Below are positions 47,465 to 59,446 of a stretch of DNA of 64,000 nucleotides, one piece after another. The position numbers were made by a program, and so were the translations under genes. Position 1 is the stretch's first letter, and every line of letters starts with the position of its first letter. The notes under the pieces were generated by a model. It saw nothing but the letters and a program-made list of their open reading frames with translations. It did not search any database and was not told where the DNA came from. Source of the stretch: Flavobacteriales bacterium (GTDB taxonomy: Bacteria; Bacteroidota; Bacteroidia; NS11-12g; UBA955); NCBI GenBank assembly GCA_947463125.1, contig CANHQZ010000002.1, forward strand, positions 46,951 through 110,950, read 5' to 3'.

Positions 47465-48697
47465 ATGAACTGGCCTTTTTTTCTGGCGCGCCGCTTGTCT
47501 GCTTCCGGGCAGGGTTCCTTTTCCAGATCTATTGTGCGTTTGGCTATTGTGGCTGTAGGTCTCAGTTCTGCTGTAATGATCATTGCACTCTCTACGGTTT
47601 CAGGTTTTCAATCCGGTATCAAAAATAAGGTTATTGGCATAAACGGCGACCTTGTTATTGACGATATTTCCAACACCGAAGGCTCAGAACCCATTCCAAT
47701 GGGAGAAAAGCTATTGGCATTTACACCGGATATACAGGCTGTGAAAGGGATACGGTCGGTTTCTGTATGTGCGGTCCGACCTTGTATTGTGAAGGGAGAA
47801 AGCGAGATTGAAGGCATGATTGCAAAAGGGGTTTCAGGTAGCTATGATTTTACGTTTTTAAAAAATCATCTTAAACGTGGCGTTGTTCCTGAGTTTTCGG
47901 AAGACACGGCAACAGCCATGATTTCAGAAATCACTGCAAACAGGCTTGGTTTGGATACAGGCATGTATATGCAGGCTATCTTTTTTAAGGAAGATAGCAG
48001 TGGTAACCGACGTCCGCGCGCCATCCGACCGCGTATTGTAGGAGTTTTTGCCACCGGGCTCGATGATTACGACAAGGTACATTTTATTACCCATATTGGT
48101 TTGGTGCGTAAGGTTTTACCGGCATCTGCCCGGTTCACCCAATGGGAACTGAGATTGCATGAAAATGTTTCAGCGACAGAAGCTGTTGACAAACTCAGCA
48201 GTAAACTGCCACCCGGAGTTTTTAATGTTCAGTCGGCGGAACGTTATAACCGTCAGATTTTCGACTGGCTGGCATTGCTGGATACCAATGTGGTTATCAT
48301 TTTAAGCCTCATGTTGCTGGTGGCTGTTATTGGCATGTGTACCACATTGCTCATTCTCATCACCGAGCGAACGCACATGATCGGTACCCTGAAAGCCATT
48401 GGTGCAAAAGAGGCAGGTATTCGCAGTATTTTTCAGTATCAGGTGTTGTTTATCACAGGCTTCGGACTTTTACTGGGTAACGCTGTGGGGCTGGGCCTTT
48501 GCTGGCTGCAATATCACTATGGGTTTATTACCCTGAACACAGAAACCTATTATGTAAACAAGGTGCTGATAGAATTTAATCCCATGCACCTGGTTTTGGT
48601 AAATACAGGAACCATCTTTACATGCTGGCTGGTATTGTACCTGCCCTCAAGAGTAGTAGGGCGGTTAAGCCCCATCAAATCCATTAAGTTTCAGTAA
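47465..48697 (+). CDS. LolC/E-FtsX family ABC permease
   Basis: N-terminal TM, large periplasmic loop, ERTHMIGTLKAIGA, three C-terminal TMs; TACTTTTG at 47449-47456. Confidence 0.88.
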   Translation: MNWPFFLARRLSASGQGSFSRSIVRLAIVAVGLSSAVMIIALSTVSGFQSGIKNKVIGINGDLVIDDISNTEGSEPIPMGEKLLAFTPDIQAVKGIRSVSVCAVRPCIVKGESEIEGMIAKGVSGSYDFTFLKNHLKRGVVPEFSEDTATAMISEITANRLGLDTGMYMQAIFFKEDSSGNRRPRAIRPRIVGVFATGLDDYDKVHFITHIGLVRKVLPASARFTQWELRLHENVSATEAVDKLSSKLPPGVFNVQSAERYNRQIFDWLALLDTNVVIILSLMLLVAVIGMCTTLLILITERTHMIGTLKAIGAKEAGIRSIFQYQVLFITGFGLLLGNAVGLGLCWLQYHYGFITLNTETYYVNKVLIEFNPMHLVLVNTGTIFTCWLVLYLPSRVVGRLSPIKSIKFQ

Positions 48698-48703
48698 AAA
48701 TCG

Positions 48704-50659
<1,956 letters not shown>

Positions 50660-50829
50660 TTAACGTAAAAGGTCGTTTTTTAATTGTTTGTAAAAATACA
50701 ACCTAAACAGGGGAGGTGCTTGCCTCTTAAATGCCTAATTTTCCACAATTTGAACACTTTTAAGGCAGTTTTACTGCTAAATACATCAAACGGATAGTTT
50801 GCCTGGCAAAAAAGGGATTTTATCCCAAA

Positions 50830-52239
50830 TTAGAAGATTCTGCCGATTACACCTGCCAATTCGAGGTAACGGGCAGCGCTGTGAACCTGTTTTTGTCTGT
50901 AATCATTCAGTTTTATGCGGGTTTCAATCCAGCGGGTTTCCCGCATGTTTACCATGAAAACAGTGGCATCACCGGCAATAAAACGGGTTTTTTCGTTTTC
51001 GTACAATTGTTTGTACTGTCCGCTTACAATGGCATAATCGCGGCTTAGCGAGGCATAGGTAAGTGCTTCTTGATACAGTCCATCCACCTTTTGTTCGGTT
51101 TCACGGACTTTCTGTTTGAGTTTAAATCCGGATTCCTGCCATGCCAGTCTGGAAAGTTCAAATTCCCCACGTTCTTTTCTTAAAAACAATGAGCTGCTGA
51201 AACCAAGACCAAATGTGGAATTCATGCCCATGGAACTACCTGCCGGAAATTCAAAATATCCCGGACTCAATGCCCTGTACTTCAGGTTGATTTCAGGCAA
51301 CATGGCCTGTCTTTTTAGGCGCATTTCCAGCTGGTTTTTCTGCACGTACAAATCCATCACTTTCAGTGCCGGTTGCAGGTTCTGAATTCCGGCGGTTACC
51401 AGTGTATTTGGAAATGACTGCAGCATGCTGTCCAGAAATTCCATACCGGTATAATCCGGGATGGTTCCGGCTTTGATATACACCGGTTGCTCCGATTCAT
51501 TCCAAAGATGAGCGGAAAGCATCAGGCGACTTTTGATTTCCCTGATGCCTGCATCCCTAAACATCAAGCTGAAAATACCCAGTTGCGCGGCAGTCTCTAT
51601 GGTATCGGCGGCAGATTTACCACCGGCCTGAAATTCGGATCGTATGGCATTCATCCGCTCGGTAAGGAGCGAAACGGCCTGGCGGCATATCTCTTTTTCC
51701 TGCCAGGAAAAATACCAGTCGGCATAATCCTGTATCACCTGTTGCGCCAGTTCGTTCAATAATTGTGCGCGCATGGCTTCGGATTGCTCCCTAAAAAGCT
51801 GCGCCTGTCTTACCCCGGTTCTGCGGGCATCGGTAACCAGGTTTCGCAAAAGCGGTACATCAACTCCTGCGTAGGATAACCCGTTTGAAGGTGTCTTTAA
51901 ATCCGGACTTAAATATACGCCGCTGTTGTTTTCGTAGCCTGCCTTCAAATCCAGCCCTAACCAGGTAGGAACACTGATTCCGGCTGCAGTTTCTGTATAG
52001 TAATTTTCAGATTTGAAGGTTTTTTCCCGTTGTTCAAAAAAAATCTTGGGATCAAACCCGCCACGTGCATAGCGCAAATAGGATTCGCCCTGTTTTGGCA
52101 GTAGTTCTGCCTGCTTCAGGGTTGGGTGATACGCTTTTATCTGTTTTAGAATCAATCCCAGGTTAATGGATGCGCTATCCCGGGAAACCAAATGAGTAAA
52201 ACTGCCGGTCAGAAGGAGTATTGTGACAAAAATCCTCAT
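50830..52239 (-). CDS. TolC family outer-membrane protein
   Basis: Signal peptide, RGGFDPK, two OEP-like repeats; last gene of the ABC-HlyD operon. Confidence 0.85.
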   Translation of the reverse strand: MRIFVTILLLTGSFTHLVSRDSASINLGLILKQIKAYHPTLKQAELLPKQGESYLRYARGGFDPKIFFEQREKTFKSENYYTETAAGISVPTWLGLDLKAGYENNSGVYLSPDLKTPSNGLSYAGVDVPLLRNLVTDARRTGVRQAQLFREQSEAMRAQLLNELAQQVIQDYADWYFSWQEKEICRQAVSLLTERMNAIRSEFQAGGKSAADTIETAAQLGIFSLMFRDAGIREIKSRLMLSAHLWNESEQPVYIKAGTIPDYTGMEFLDSMLQSFPNTLVTAGIQNLQPALKVMDLYVQKNQLEMRLKRQAMLPEINLKYRALSPGYFEFPAGSSMGMNSTFGLGFSSSLFLRKERGEFELSRLAWQESGFKLKQKVRETEQKVDGLYQEALTYASLSRDYAIVSGQYKQLYENEKTRFIAGDATVFMVNMRETRWIETRIKLNDYRQKQVHSAARYLELAGVIGRIF

Positions 52240-53558
52240 TTTTTTGGTTTGGTTGGGCCGGTTTCGGCTTTGTAATAGTCAGGAGGGAATCCATTCAGCT
52301 GTCTCCAGATTTCATACCACACACGAACCCGATTCAATAAAAGGTATCCATTGGATCCGGTTCCAACGCGCAGCTGAGATGGCCACTGTTTACCACCAGC
52401 CTCCGGTGCCACAAGGAGTCGGTATTTGCCATTTACCGAAGGGATGTTGTCAATAGCAAAAACACGCCCGGGAAAAGTACCATAAGTATAATTAGGCCAG
52501 CCTGAAAATACAATCGTCGGCCAACCATCAAACACGAAGTTTACATGCTGACCCTTTTTAACCAAGGGCATATCCATGGGATCAACATACATTTCTACCG
52601 CAAGGTGCACGGAAGACGGCATAACAGTACAAATGGCCTGACCCTCTTTTACAGTTTCTCCTATTCCACTAGCCAACGTCTTAGTAACATAACCGTCCTG
52701 CGGTGCAAGAATGATGTAAAAACCACTGCGTATGCTGTAGTTACTGAATTGGTTTCGTAATTTACTAACCTCTGCTTCGGTCTCCATTTGATTGCTTATG
52801 GCGCTGAATCTTTCACTTTCAGCTTTTGCCATTTTTTCACCGTATTCAGCTGTGACGTTCCGAAGTTCAAATTTTGCGTTTTCCAGCGATGCTTTTGCTG
52901 CTACAAGCTTGTTTTCAGCAGAAATACGTTTTGCAAGACTTTCCTGCCATTTAACCCGCCTGTTTTCAACGTCAAGCGGGCTTTTAATTCCTTTCTTCTC
53001 CAAAGCACTGTCTCGTTGAAACTGCTGACGGGCAATTCTTTCACCGGTTTTGGCAGCTTCTACTTCCGCAGCTTCGCTGTTTACTTTCATCTGCTCCTGT
53101 TCTACTTTGTTTTTCGCCTGCCTTAATTTGAAATCCTGATTGATTTCTAGTTGGGTTATCTGACGGTTAATGGCGTCAATCTTAGAACTGTAGCTGGTAA
53201 TGCTGTTTTCCTTTGCTCTGATCTGCGTCTCAGTTTGCTCAAGCAACTTTGGATCCAGGTAGCTCTCCTTTACTTCGCTGATGCGAACAATGGTGTCACC
53301 TTTTCTTACATAATCCCCTTCAATTACATGCCATTTTTCAATTCTTCCTCCAATGATAGTTTGAATTTCCTGAGGTCGCTGATTAGGCAACAGTGTGGTT
53401 ACAATGCCCTTTGTTTGTATATTCTGTGTCCATGGCAGAAACATGAAAAGAACAAACAGCAGCGATAGCCAGATTAGTACTTTGCTCATCCGTCTTTGCG
53501 TCCAGGGACTCTCTGTCAGCAATAATTCACTCTGGTAAGTTCCGTTTTTTTCTTTCAT
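52236..53558 (-). CDS. HlyD family membrane-fusion protein
   Basis: TM followed by LPWTQ, lipoyl halves (VIEGDYVRKGD, APQDGYV), long alpha hairpin. Confidence 0.92.
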   Translation of the reverse strand: MKEKNGTYQSELLLTESPWTQRRMSKVLIWLSLLFVLFMFLPWTQNIQTKGIVTTLLPNQRPQEIQTIIGGRIEKWHVIEGDYVRKGDTIVRISEVKESYLDPKLLEQTETQIRAKENSITSYSSKIDAINRQITQLEINQDFKLRQAKNKVEQEQMKVNSEAAEVEAAKTGERIARQQFQRDSALEKKGIKSPLDVENRRVKWQESLAKRISAENKLVAAKASLENAKFELRNVTAEYGEKMAKAESERFSAISNQMETEAEVSKLRNQFSNYSIRSGFYIILAPQDGYVTKTLASGIGETVKEGQAICTVMPSSVHLAVEMYVDPMDMPLVKKGQHVNFVFDGWPTIVFSGWPNYTYGTFPGRVFAIDNIPSVNGKYRLLVAPEAGGKQWPSQLRVGTGSNGYLLLNRVRVWYEIWRQLNGFPPDYYKAETGPTKPKK

Positions 53559-55243
53559 TAATGCCATGTGATATCCTGAATTAACTGTGGAACATTGTTA
53601 GCTGTTATTTTGCCAAGCTCAGTAAAGCCGTTTTCATCCAAAAATAAACAGGAATCTGCTTGTGACAAAACAGGTATCTGATTGCTGATAAAAATGACGG
53701 TGGAGTTTATGTTTCTAATGTGACTCCAAATTGCTTCAAGTTCTTTTTTGGTGAATGCACTCCACACATCATCAATCAAAACAAGCGGGGGAGTATGATA
53801 CAACGCTCGAGCCAGTGGTATTTTTCGCGCAATATTGTTAGGTATGCCGCTTTCAGACTCAAATTCATAGTTAAAACCTCCGGGAAGCGAAGAAACAAAA
53901 GTGTGTAAGTTGAGTGCTTTGCTAAGGTTGGTAAGTTCCGTCAAATCTGGCTCATTTCCGAGCACAATGTTCTGCGCAAGTGTACCTTCAAAGATGTGGC
54001 TTCCCTGAAGACAGATACCGGTAATGCTGCCAAGTCCCTTTCCTGATATGTTTTCAACAGGAACGTTATTCAGCTGCGAAGCGAACTCGGTTTCCATGTC
54101 GCCAATAATGGTTTTTAGTATTCGGGTTCTTCCGGTACCTGGCATTCCGCATATCCCAACTTTCTGGCCGGCTTTAATCACAGCAACAGGTTTACCGCTT
54201 TTCCGATCTACCAGAGTAACCGAGGGCGCTTCTGAAATTATATTGGTTTTAGGGGTGTGTTCAGTTCGGTCGTCTATACTCACATCGGTAACGGAGCCCA
54301 ATTTTTCAAGGGCTATCCCGGCATCATAAACAGATTCTACCGAAATGACAAGTTTTCCCACCGCATCAACCAGCGAAATAATCAAGATTTCTGAAGCCAG
54401 AAACTGCCCAAGACTTATGTCTTCCCGAACCAGTAAAAAGCTTCCAAGAAAGAGCATGGCCATGGTCAAAATAACTTTCATGCCTATAGCTATGGCTGCC
54501 TGATTGTATAAAACTCGGAAATGAGCCTGTCGGCTGTTTACATACCCTTTTAGATATTCGTCTGTTTTCTTCAGATGGAAATTTTGTTCCTGTTTGAGGT
54601 TAAAGGTTACCCTGTTCTGTGCAATTTCGGTAAGCCAAAAAGCAGTTTTAAATTTGTAGTTACTTTCAGCACGAGCAGATTGTACTCCTCTGTTGTAGGT
54701 AGCTCTCAAAACAATGGCAACCAAAATGAGCAATGTAAAGCCAAATAGAAGAAATGCAGGGTGATAGATTGCCAGCAGGATAACGCCAAATAAGATCTCA
54801 AGCAGGGAAGTGGTAAAGCTGAGAAGAATTTTACTAAAACTTTTTTGAACGGTGATAATGTCCAGAAATTTTTCAGACAGCTCCAGAAGACTGTTGTATT
54901 TCTTGAGCAGTTTGGTGGCAGATGCGAGTTTTTGAGAGAAATCGAAGGCAGTGCGAACAAATAATTTACTCTGTATCGATTCTAAAATACTCAACTGTGC
55001 GAGTCCAGTGAGGCCGGAAAGTAAAATGGCCAGAGTGATGAGTACTATCAGGATAAACCAGCTGCTACTAAGTTTTCCTGCCAGAACCAAACCGATGATG
55101 GCCTGAATCCCTAAAGGCACAATCAGGCTGATGGCACCAGCCAGAACGGCATATATGTATAGAAACCGAATGTTTCTTTTTTCAGTTCCCACAAGGCTCC
55201 AGATTCTCTTAAACGGGCTGAGGGTCTCGGGGTATGATTTCAT
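53558..55243 (-). CDS. ABC exporter (TMD + degenerate nucleotide-binding domain)
   Basis: Six-TM domain (PLGIQAII, LGQFLASEI); NBD with GMPGTGRT, LARAL, LVLIDD. Confidence 0.85.
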   Translation of the reverse strand: MKSYPETLSPFKRIWSLVGTEKRNIRFLYIYAVLAGAISLIVPLGIQAIIGLVLAGKLSSSWFILIVLITLAILLSGLTGLAQLSILESIQSKLFVRTAFDFSQKLASATKLLKKYNSLLELSEKFLDIITVQKSFSKILLSFTTSLLEILFGVILLAIYHPAFLLFGFTLLILVAIVLRATYNRGVQSARAESNYKFKTAFWLTEIAQNRVTFNLKQEQNFHLKKTDEYLKGYVNSRQAHFRVLYNQAAIAIGMKVILTMAMLFLGSFLLVREDISLGQFLASEILIISLVDAVGKLVISVESVYDAGIALEKLGSVTDVSIDDRTEHTPKTNIISEAPSVTLVDRKSGKPVAVIKAGQKVGICGMPGTGRTRILKTIIGDMETEFASQLNNVPVENISGKGLGSITGICLQGSHIFEGTLAQNIVLGNEPDLTELTNLSKALNLHTFVSSLPGGFNYEFESESGIPNNIARKIPLARALYHTPPLVLIDDVWSAFTKKELEAIWSHIRNINSTVIFISNQIPVLSQADSCLFLDENGFTELGKITANNVPQLIQDITWH

Positions 55244-55368
55244 TGTCTGTTATATTCTTGCAAAATAAGTTGTTTTGGGGCTGTTTTGTTTTATCTGTTG
55301 ATAATCAAAAAAAATTCCATTATTGATAGATTGCTATTTATATGGAAAAAAGTGATATTTCAAAGTGT

Positions 55369-56781
55369 TTATTTCCCCCGGCCCTGAATCATGATCATGG
55401 CAGTGTAAATCATGATTTTTATGTCAAGTCCAAGACTCATGTTTTCCAGGTAAAGAATATCGTATTTCATACGCTCCACCATCTGTTCAACATTTTCGGC
55501 ATAACCAAATTTAACCTGTCCCCAGCTGGTTATACCCGGTTTTATGCGGTGAAGTCTAACATAGTAAGGCGCCTTTTTTACAATCTGCTCAATGAAAAAT
55601 CTCCTTTCCGGCCTGGGTCCTACGATGCTCATTTCTCCCATTAGCACGTTTATAAACTGAGGTAATTCATCAAGCCTCGATTTTCTGAGAAATGAGCCAA
55701 CCCGTGTTCTTCTGGGGTCTTTTTCACTGCTAAGCTGTGGCCCGTTGCTTTCAGCATCCGTGCGCATACTTCTGAATTTGAAAATCTGAAATGTTTTTCC
55801 CTTAAATCCAATTCTTTCCTGTCTGAAGAAAACAGGACCTGCACTGTCTAATTTAATTGCTATGCCGATCAGTAAAAAAACAGGCAGTCCCACTAACAAT
55901 GCCAGCAAACTAATCGAGATGTCAAAAAACCGTTTTGCCGTTTTCTGCCATTGTGGCATTACCTCAAAATCAACCTCCACCAGCATCGCTCCCAATATGT
56001 TGTTCATTTTGACCATTCCCAAAACCATACCGTAGCTGTCAGGAAGGATTTTTAAATGTACTTTCTCATTTTGTATCTGATCGACAAGGCCCGGAACCCA
56101 ATCGTGTTCTTCGTCATCAAGACATATAATAACATCTTCAATACGATATTCCTCAATGACAGCTGAGATTTCATCTTTGGTGCCCAGGCAGGGGAGGTTG
56201 CCCATGTTGGAGCGGGTATGGTCTTTCCCGCTGATATATCCCTGAATAAAAAATCCTTCAGATTTTCTGGCAATAGAAAGTTCATGAAACAACTTCTCTG
56301 CATTGTTGCCATTTCCCACCAGCAGTGTTCGGTATCCCCACTTTCGATGCTGTATCAAATAAATGGTTCTGCTTACCACGACCAGCCTGAGCATTAATGT
56401 TATACCAGTATGCAGTGAAAAATAAACCAGCAGAGACTTGTAATAATCCCGGTAATTGCCAACACTGTCGTCCAAAATAAGCAAAAAGAATATGATAAGG
56501 CTTCCTACAATCCCTGAAATGAAGGTCCTTTCCACTTCACGCAGGCGACTTCGTCTGAAAATATTTTTGTAGTAACCGCTGCCTGCATAAATCAGCAGCC
56601 ACATGGCAGGAATAGCCAGTAAACCTACATACAGCTTCAAATCATTATTTACCGGGATATCATAACCATGCTTACCTGCTTCCACAATGTGCTTTCTGTA
56701 AAGAAAAAAGAGAAGCCAGGCTGAACCTGCTGATATTAAATCGGTGATGACATGCAGTACGATTTGGAATCTGCGGTTCAT
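55369..56781 (-). CDS. Polyprenyl-phosphate glycosylphosphotransferase (WcaJ/WbaP-type sugar transferase)
   Basis: KRFFD, KFRSM, DELPQFINVLMGEMSIVGPRPE, KPGITSWGQV. Confidence 0.95.
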   Translation of the reverse strand: MNRRFQIVLHVITDLISAGSAWLLFFLYRKHIVEAGKHGYDIPVNNDLKLYVGLLAIPAMWLLIYAGSGYYKNIFRRSRLREVERTFISGIVGSLIIFFLLILDDSVGNYRDYYKSLLVYFSLHTGITLMLRLVVVSRTIYLIQHRKWGYRTLLVGNGNNAEKLFHELSIARKSEGFFIQGYISGKDHTRSNMGNLPCLGTKDEISAVIEEYRIEDVIICLDDEEHDWVPGLVDQIQNEKVHLKILPDSYGMVLGMVKMNNILGAMLVEVDFEVMPQWQKTAKRFFDISISLLALLVGLPVFLLIGIAIKLDSAGPVFFRQERIGFKGKTFQIFKFRSMRTDAESNGPQLSSEKDPRRTRVGSFLRKSRLDELPQFINVLMGEMSIVGPRPERRFFIEQIVKKAPYYVRLHRIKPGITSWGQVKFGYAENVEQMVERMKYDILYLENMSLGLDIKIMIYTAMIMIQGRGK

Positions 56782-57668
56782 TTTGGATAGCTGAATCTTA
56801 TATTGTCAATAAAAATTTCCTGAGCGGTTTTCAGCTCTGCAGGTTTCATAGGGCTTATCATTAGCTGTATCTCTGTATCGCCGGGCTGGTTGTAAAGCTC
56901 ATAGATAAGGTTAATGTAAAAACGTTTCCAGGTATTTCCGGTCTCAAAAATGTAAACGTAGGGAAGATAGAGTTTTCCTGAACTGTTTTTGCGAATCATG
57001 GCCATTTGAACAGGAACCGGAGTCTTTATGTCAAATTCAAACATGATATCTGTTCCCAAAAACGGAAGATTACCGAAATATTTAAAAGAGGCCATGTCGA
57101 TGACTTTGGCCGTGTCTGCTGCCGCCATCACAACCTTCATGCATCGTGTGTTGCCCAAATATCGGCCTTTTAGAGAAAACGGCTCTGTAACGATATAAGA
57201 AGTGTCGCCGGTTCCCGAAAATAATCGTATGAGACTGCTGTTGTTGTCCTCAAAATCTTCCAGCCAGGGAAACTCTACGTTGTTTTTATAGGTCAGCCTA
57301 ATGTTTCCGGCATGGGTTATTTTACCTTCCTCTAAATCGATGAATGTATCGGTTCTGTTGAACAGCCTGTGAATTACGTGCTGATTTTGAGCTCCATTCA
57401 GACGCACCGAAGGAATGATGGAGAGTTTTCGTCTGCCGGAAAAAAGAACTGGTATGGTAGAGGGAATCTCAAACAGGCCTATAAACTGCTCATCCACGTA
57501 CACATTTACTGCCGAAATTTCATGAATATTGTTTCCCTGAGCCAATGTGGTGCTAACGCTGACCGAGTCAATCCTGATATATGACGGTATTGTTTCTGAC
57601 TCACGGTCACACCCCGATAAAAGAGTAAACATGAGAGTTAGCGCCGGCAATAAAATTCGGAGGCCCAT
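56778..57668 (-). CDS. Hypothetical lipoprotein
   Basis: Lipobox LLSGC; beta-rich; stop overlaps the sugar transferase ATG. Confidence 0.7.
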   Translation of the reverse strand: MGLRILLPALTLMFTLLSGCDRESETIPSYIRIDSVSVSTTLAQGNNIHEISAVNVYVDEQFIGLFEIPSTIPVLFSGRRKLSIIPSVRLNGAQNQHVIHRLFNRTDTFIDLEEGKITHAGNIRLTYKNNVEFPWLEDFEDNNSSLIRLFSGTGDTSYIVTEPFSLKGRYLGNTRCMKVVMAAADTAKVIDMASFKYFGNLPFLGTDIMFEFDIKTPVPVQMAMIRKNSSGKLYLPYVYIFETGNTWKRFYINLIYELYNQPGDTEIQLMISPMKPAELKTAQEIFIDNIRFSYPK

Positions 57669-57721
57669 GCTGCGAAAATACAACACTCTTGTCCGCAACT
57701 CAAAAGTTATTTGGGATACAC

Positions 57722-58684
57722 CTACACTTCGTGATACCGTCTTTGAACCTTTTCGGTAATCAATGTAGCCAGTCTGTTCACTTCCAGCATGTTTTCCAGT
57801 GATGAGAGAGGAGTAAGACCTTTGGAAATGTTTTCTTCAAAATTTCTGAATTCCATTTTCCAGGCATCAAAAGGAATAACAGGCCGCTGAATGAGCGTTA
57901 GCTCCTGCTGCTGCTGGGCTTCCGTTTCTTCTAGAAAAGTAAGCTGATCTTTGTTTTCCGTCTGCCTGTATTCATTGAGTGTGTTTTCTGTAAAATCCAG
58001 CGAAAACAATTTGTCCTGCTGGTAAATCTTTAAACGGTGTGTTCCGGGTTCTATAGCCCGTCCTGCGGAAATATGGCAAACTGAGTCGTTATCAAATTCA
58101 ATGTGAATATTGAGTAAATCCGGGTTTTTACCGAATAAAAACAGTGGTCGTGCCGATACGTCCCTGATTCCACACTGGGCAGTTCTGATCACCAGATCAA
58201 GATCCTGGGCAAGTTCTTTAAAAAGCCAGGTTTCAAAACCACCGGGAGCAGGGGGTCTGCACTCCTTTTCCAATTTAATGAAACGTGGCTTTCGCACAAA
58301 CTGGGATGCTGTTGTATACAGTGGTTTATTATATAATGTGTTGGCTATATGGAAACAATTGCCACTTTCTGCGTGCAAACGCATGAGCTGTTCGGTGAAT
58401 CCAATGTTGTTGATTAAAAATCCATCAAGCAGAATATGTTTGCCAAGTCGTGTAAGATTTTCAATCATGGCAGTGTCTATGTGTCTCACATGCCTGTCGA
58501 TGATGAAGACGTCCGCCTGGTCGGCCAACTCAAATACATAAAGCAGGTTCCCCGCAGAATCCGCATTCATATCATGGTCGGGATCATAATATCCGCTGAA
58601 TTGAAAGACCATGCTGTCTTGCAGCAGATGAGCAAAAATTTCAGCTTTACGTTGTGTACCTAGAATGACAGTTTTCAGTTTCAT
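57722..58684 (-). CDS. Gfo/Idh/MocA-like oxidoreductase, degenerate
   Basis: Overall layout (GYYD, LGKHILL, LAQDLDL, IEFDNDSVCHISA) matches the family; GxGxxG and EKP motifs are absent. Confidence 0.6.
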   Translation of the reverse strand: MKLKTVILGTQRKAEIFAHLLQDSMVFQFSGYYDPDHDMNADSAGNLLYVFELADQADVFIIDRHVRHIDTAMIENLTRLGKHILLDGFLINNIGFTEQLMRLHAESGNCFHIANTLYNKPLYTTASQFVRKPRFIKLEKECRPPAPGGFETWLFKELAQDLDLVIRTAQCGIRDVSARPLFLFGKNPDLLNIHIEFDNDSVCHISAGRAIEPGTHRLKIYQQDKLFSLDFTENTLNEYRQTENKDQLTFLEETEAQQQQELTLIQRPVIPFDAWKMEFRNFEENISKGLTPLSSLENMLEVNRLATLITEKVQRRYHEV

Positions 58685-58773
58685 GCAAATTTTTGGAGAC
58701 GCCTCTCTTATTTTTGTAACCTGCAGCAAATTTGCAGGACATTAATAAAATTATTTTTTTCGGTTTCTCACAC

Positions 58774-59442
58774 ATGTTCACAACCCCACCCATATCTGAA
58801 AGTCCTGTAATGGCGGGCAGGCGAAATCAGCTCGTAGCCGAGCTAAGGCAGAAAGGCATTGTCGATGAGCAGGTTCTGCAGGCGATTGGACGTGTGCCCA
58901 GGCAACTGTTTTTCCCGAAAGATTTTGAACAATTCGTATACCGTGACGCACCGTTTCCTATTGGTCACGGACAAACCATTTCACAGCCCTACACTGTTGC
59001 TTTTCAAAGTCAGTTGCTGCAAATAAAGTCCGGCGAAAAAGTGCTGGAAATCGGTACAGGCAGTGGTTATCAGGCTGCTGTGCTGTCGGCGATGGGCGCG
59101 CATGTTTTTACCATTGAAACCGTGCTTCCTTTGCTGAAAGAAGCACTCAAAGTGCTTAAAATTTTGGACAACCAGATTCAGTGTTTTCATGGAGACGGAA
59201 CGCTGGGTCTTCCTGCTTCTGCTCCCTATGATGCCATTATTGTAACGGCAGGTGCTCCGGAAGTTCCCAAAAACCTCATAGATCAGTTGAAAGTTGGTGG
59301 CAAGCTCGTTATTCCTATTGGTGATAAGCCTGATTCTCAAACCATGTATCGTTTAACCAAAAATAGCGATGGTTCGGTAAACAAAGAATCTTTTGGCCCT
59401 TTCCGTTTTGTGCCGTTGAAGGGCAAAGAGGGCTGGAATTGA
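58774..59442 (+). CDS. pcm: Protein-L-isoaspartate O-methyltransferase
   Basis: GQTISQPYTVA, VLEIGTGSGYQAA, APYDAIIVTA, FRFVPL. Confidence 0.96.
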   Translation: MFTTPPISESPVMAGRRNQLVAELRQKGIVDEQVLQAIGRVPRQLFFPKDFEQFVYRDAPFPIGHGQTISQPYTVAFQSQLLQIKSGEKVLEIGTGSGYQAAVLSAMGAHVFTIETVLPLLKEALKVLKILDNQIQCFHGDGTLGLPASAPYDAIIVTAGAPEVPKNLIDQLKVGGKLVIPIGDKPDSQTMYRLTKNSDGSVNKESFGPFRFVPLKGKEGWN

Positions 59443-59446
59443 AGCT

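Noticed and set aside
47072..47583. Apparent long overlap between the DUF1343 gene and the ABC permease
   Set aside because: Artefact of longest-ORF starts; likely starts are ~47424 (-) and 47465 (+), which do not overlap
58720..58738. Inverted repeat CCTGCA-N7-TGCAGG between divergent genes
   Set aside because: Single 6-bp-arm instance with no linked regulator
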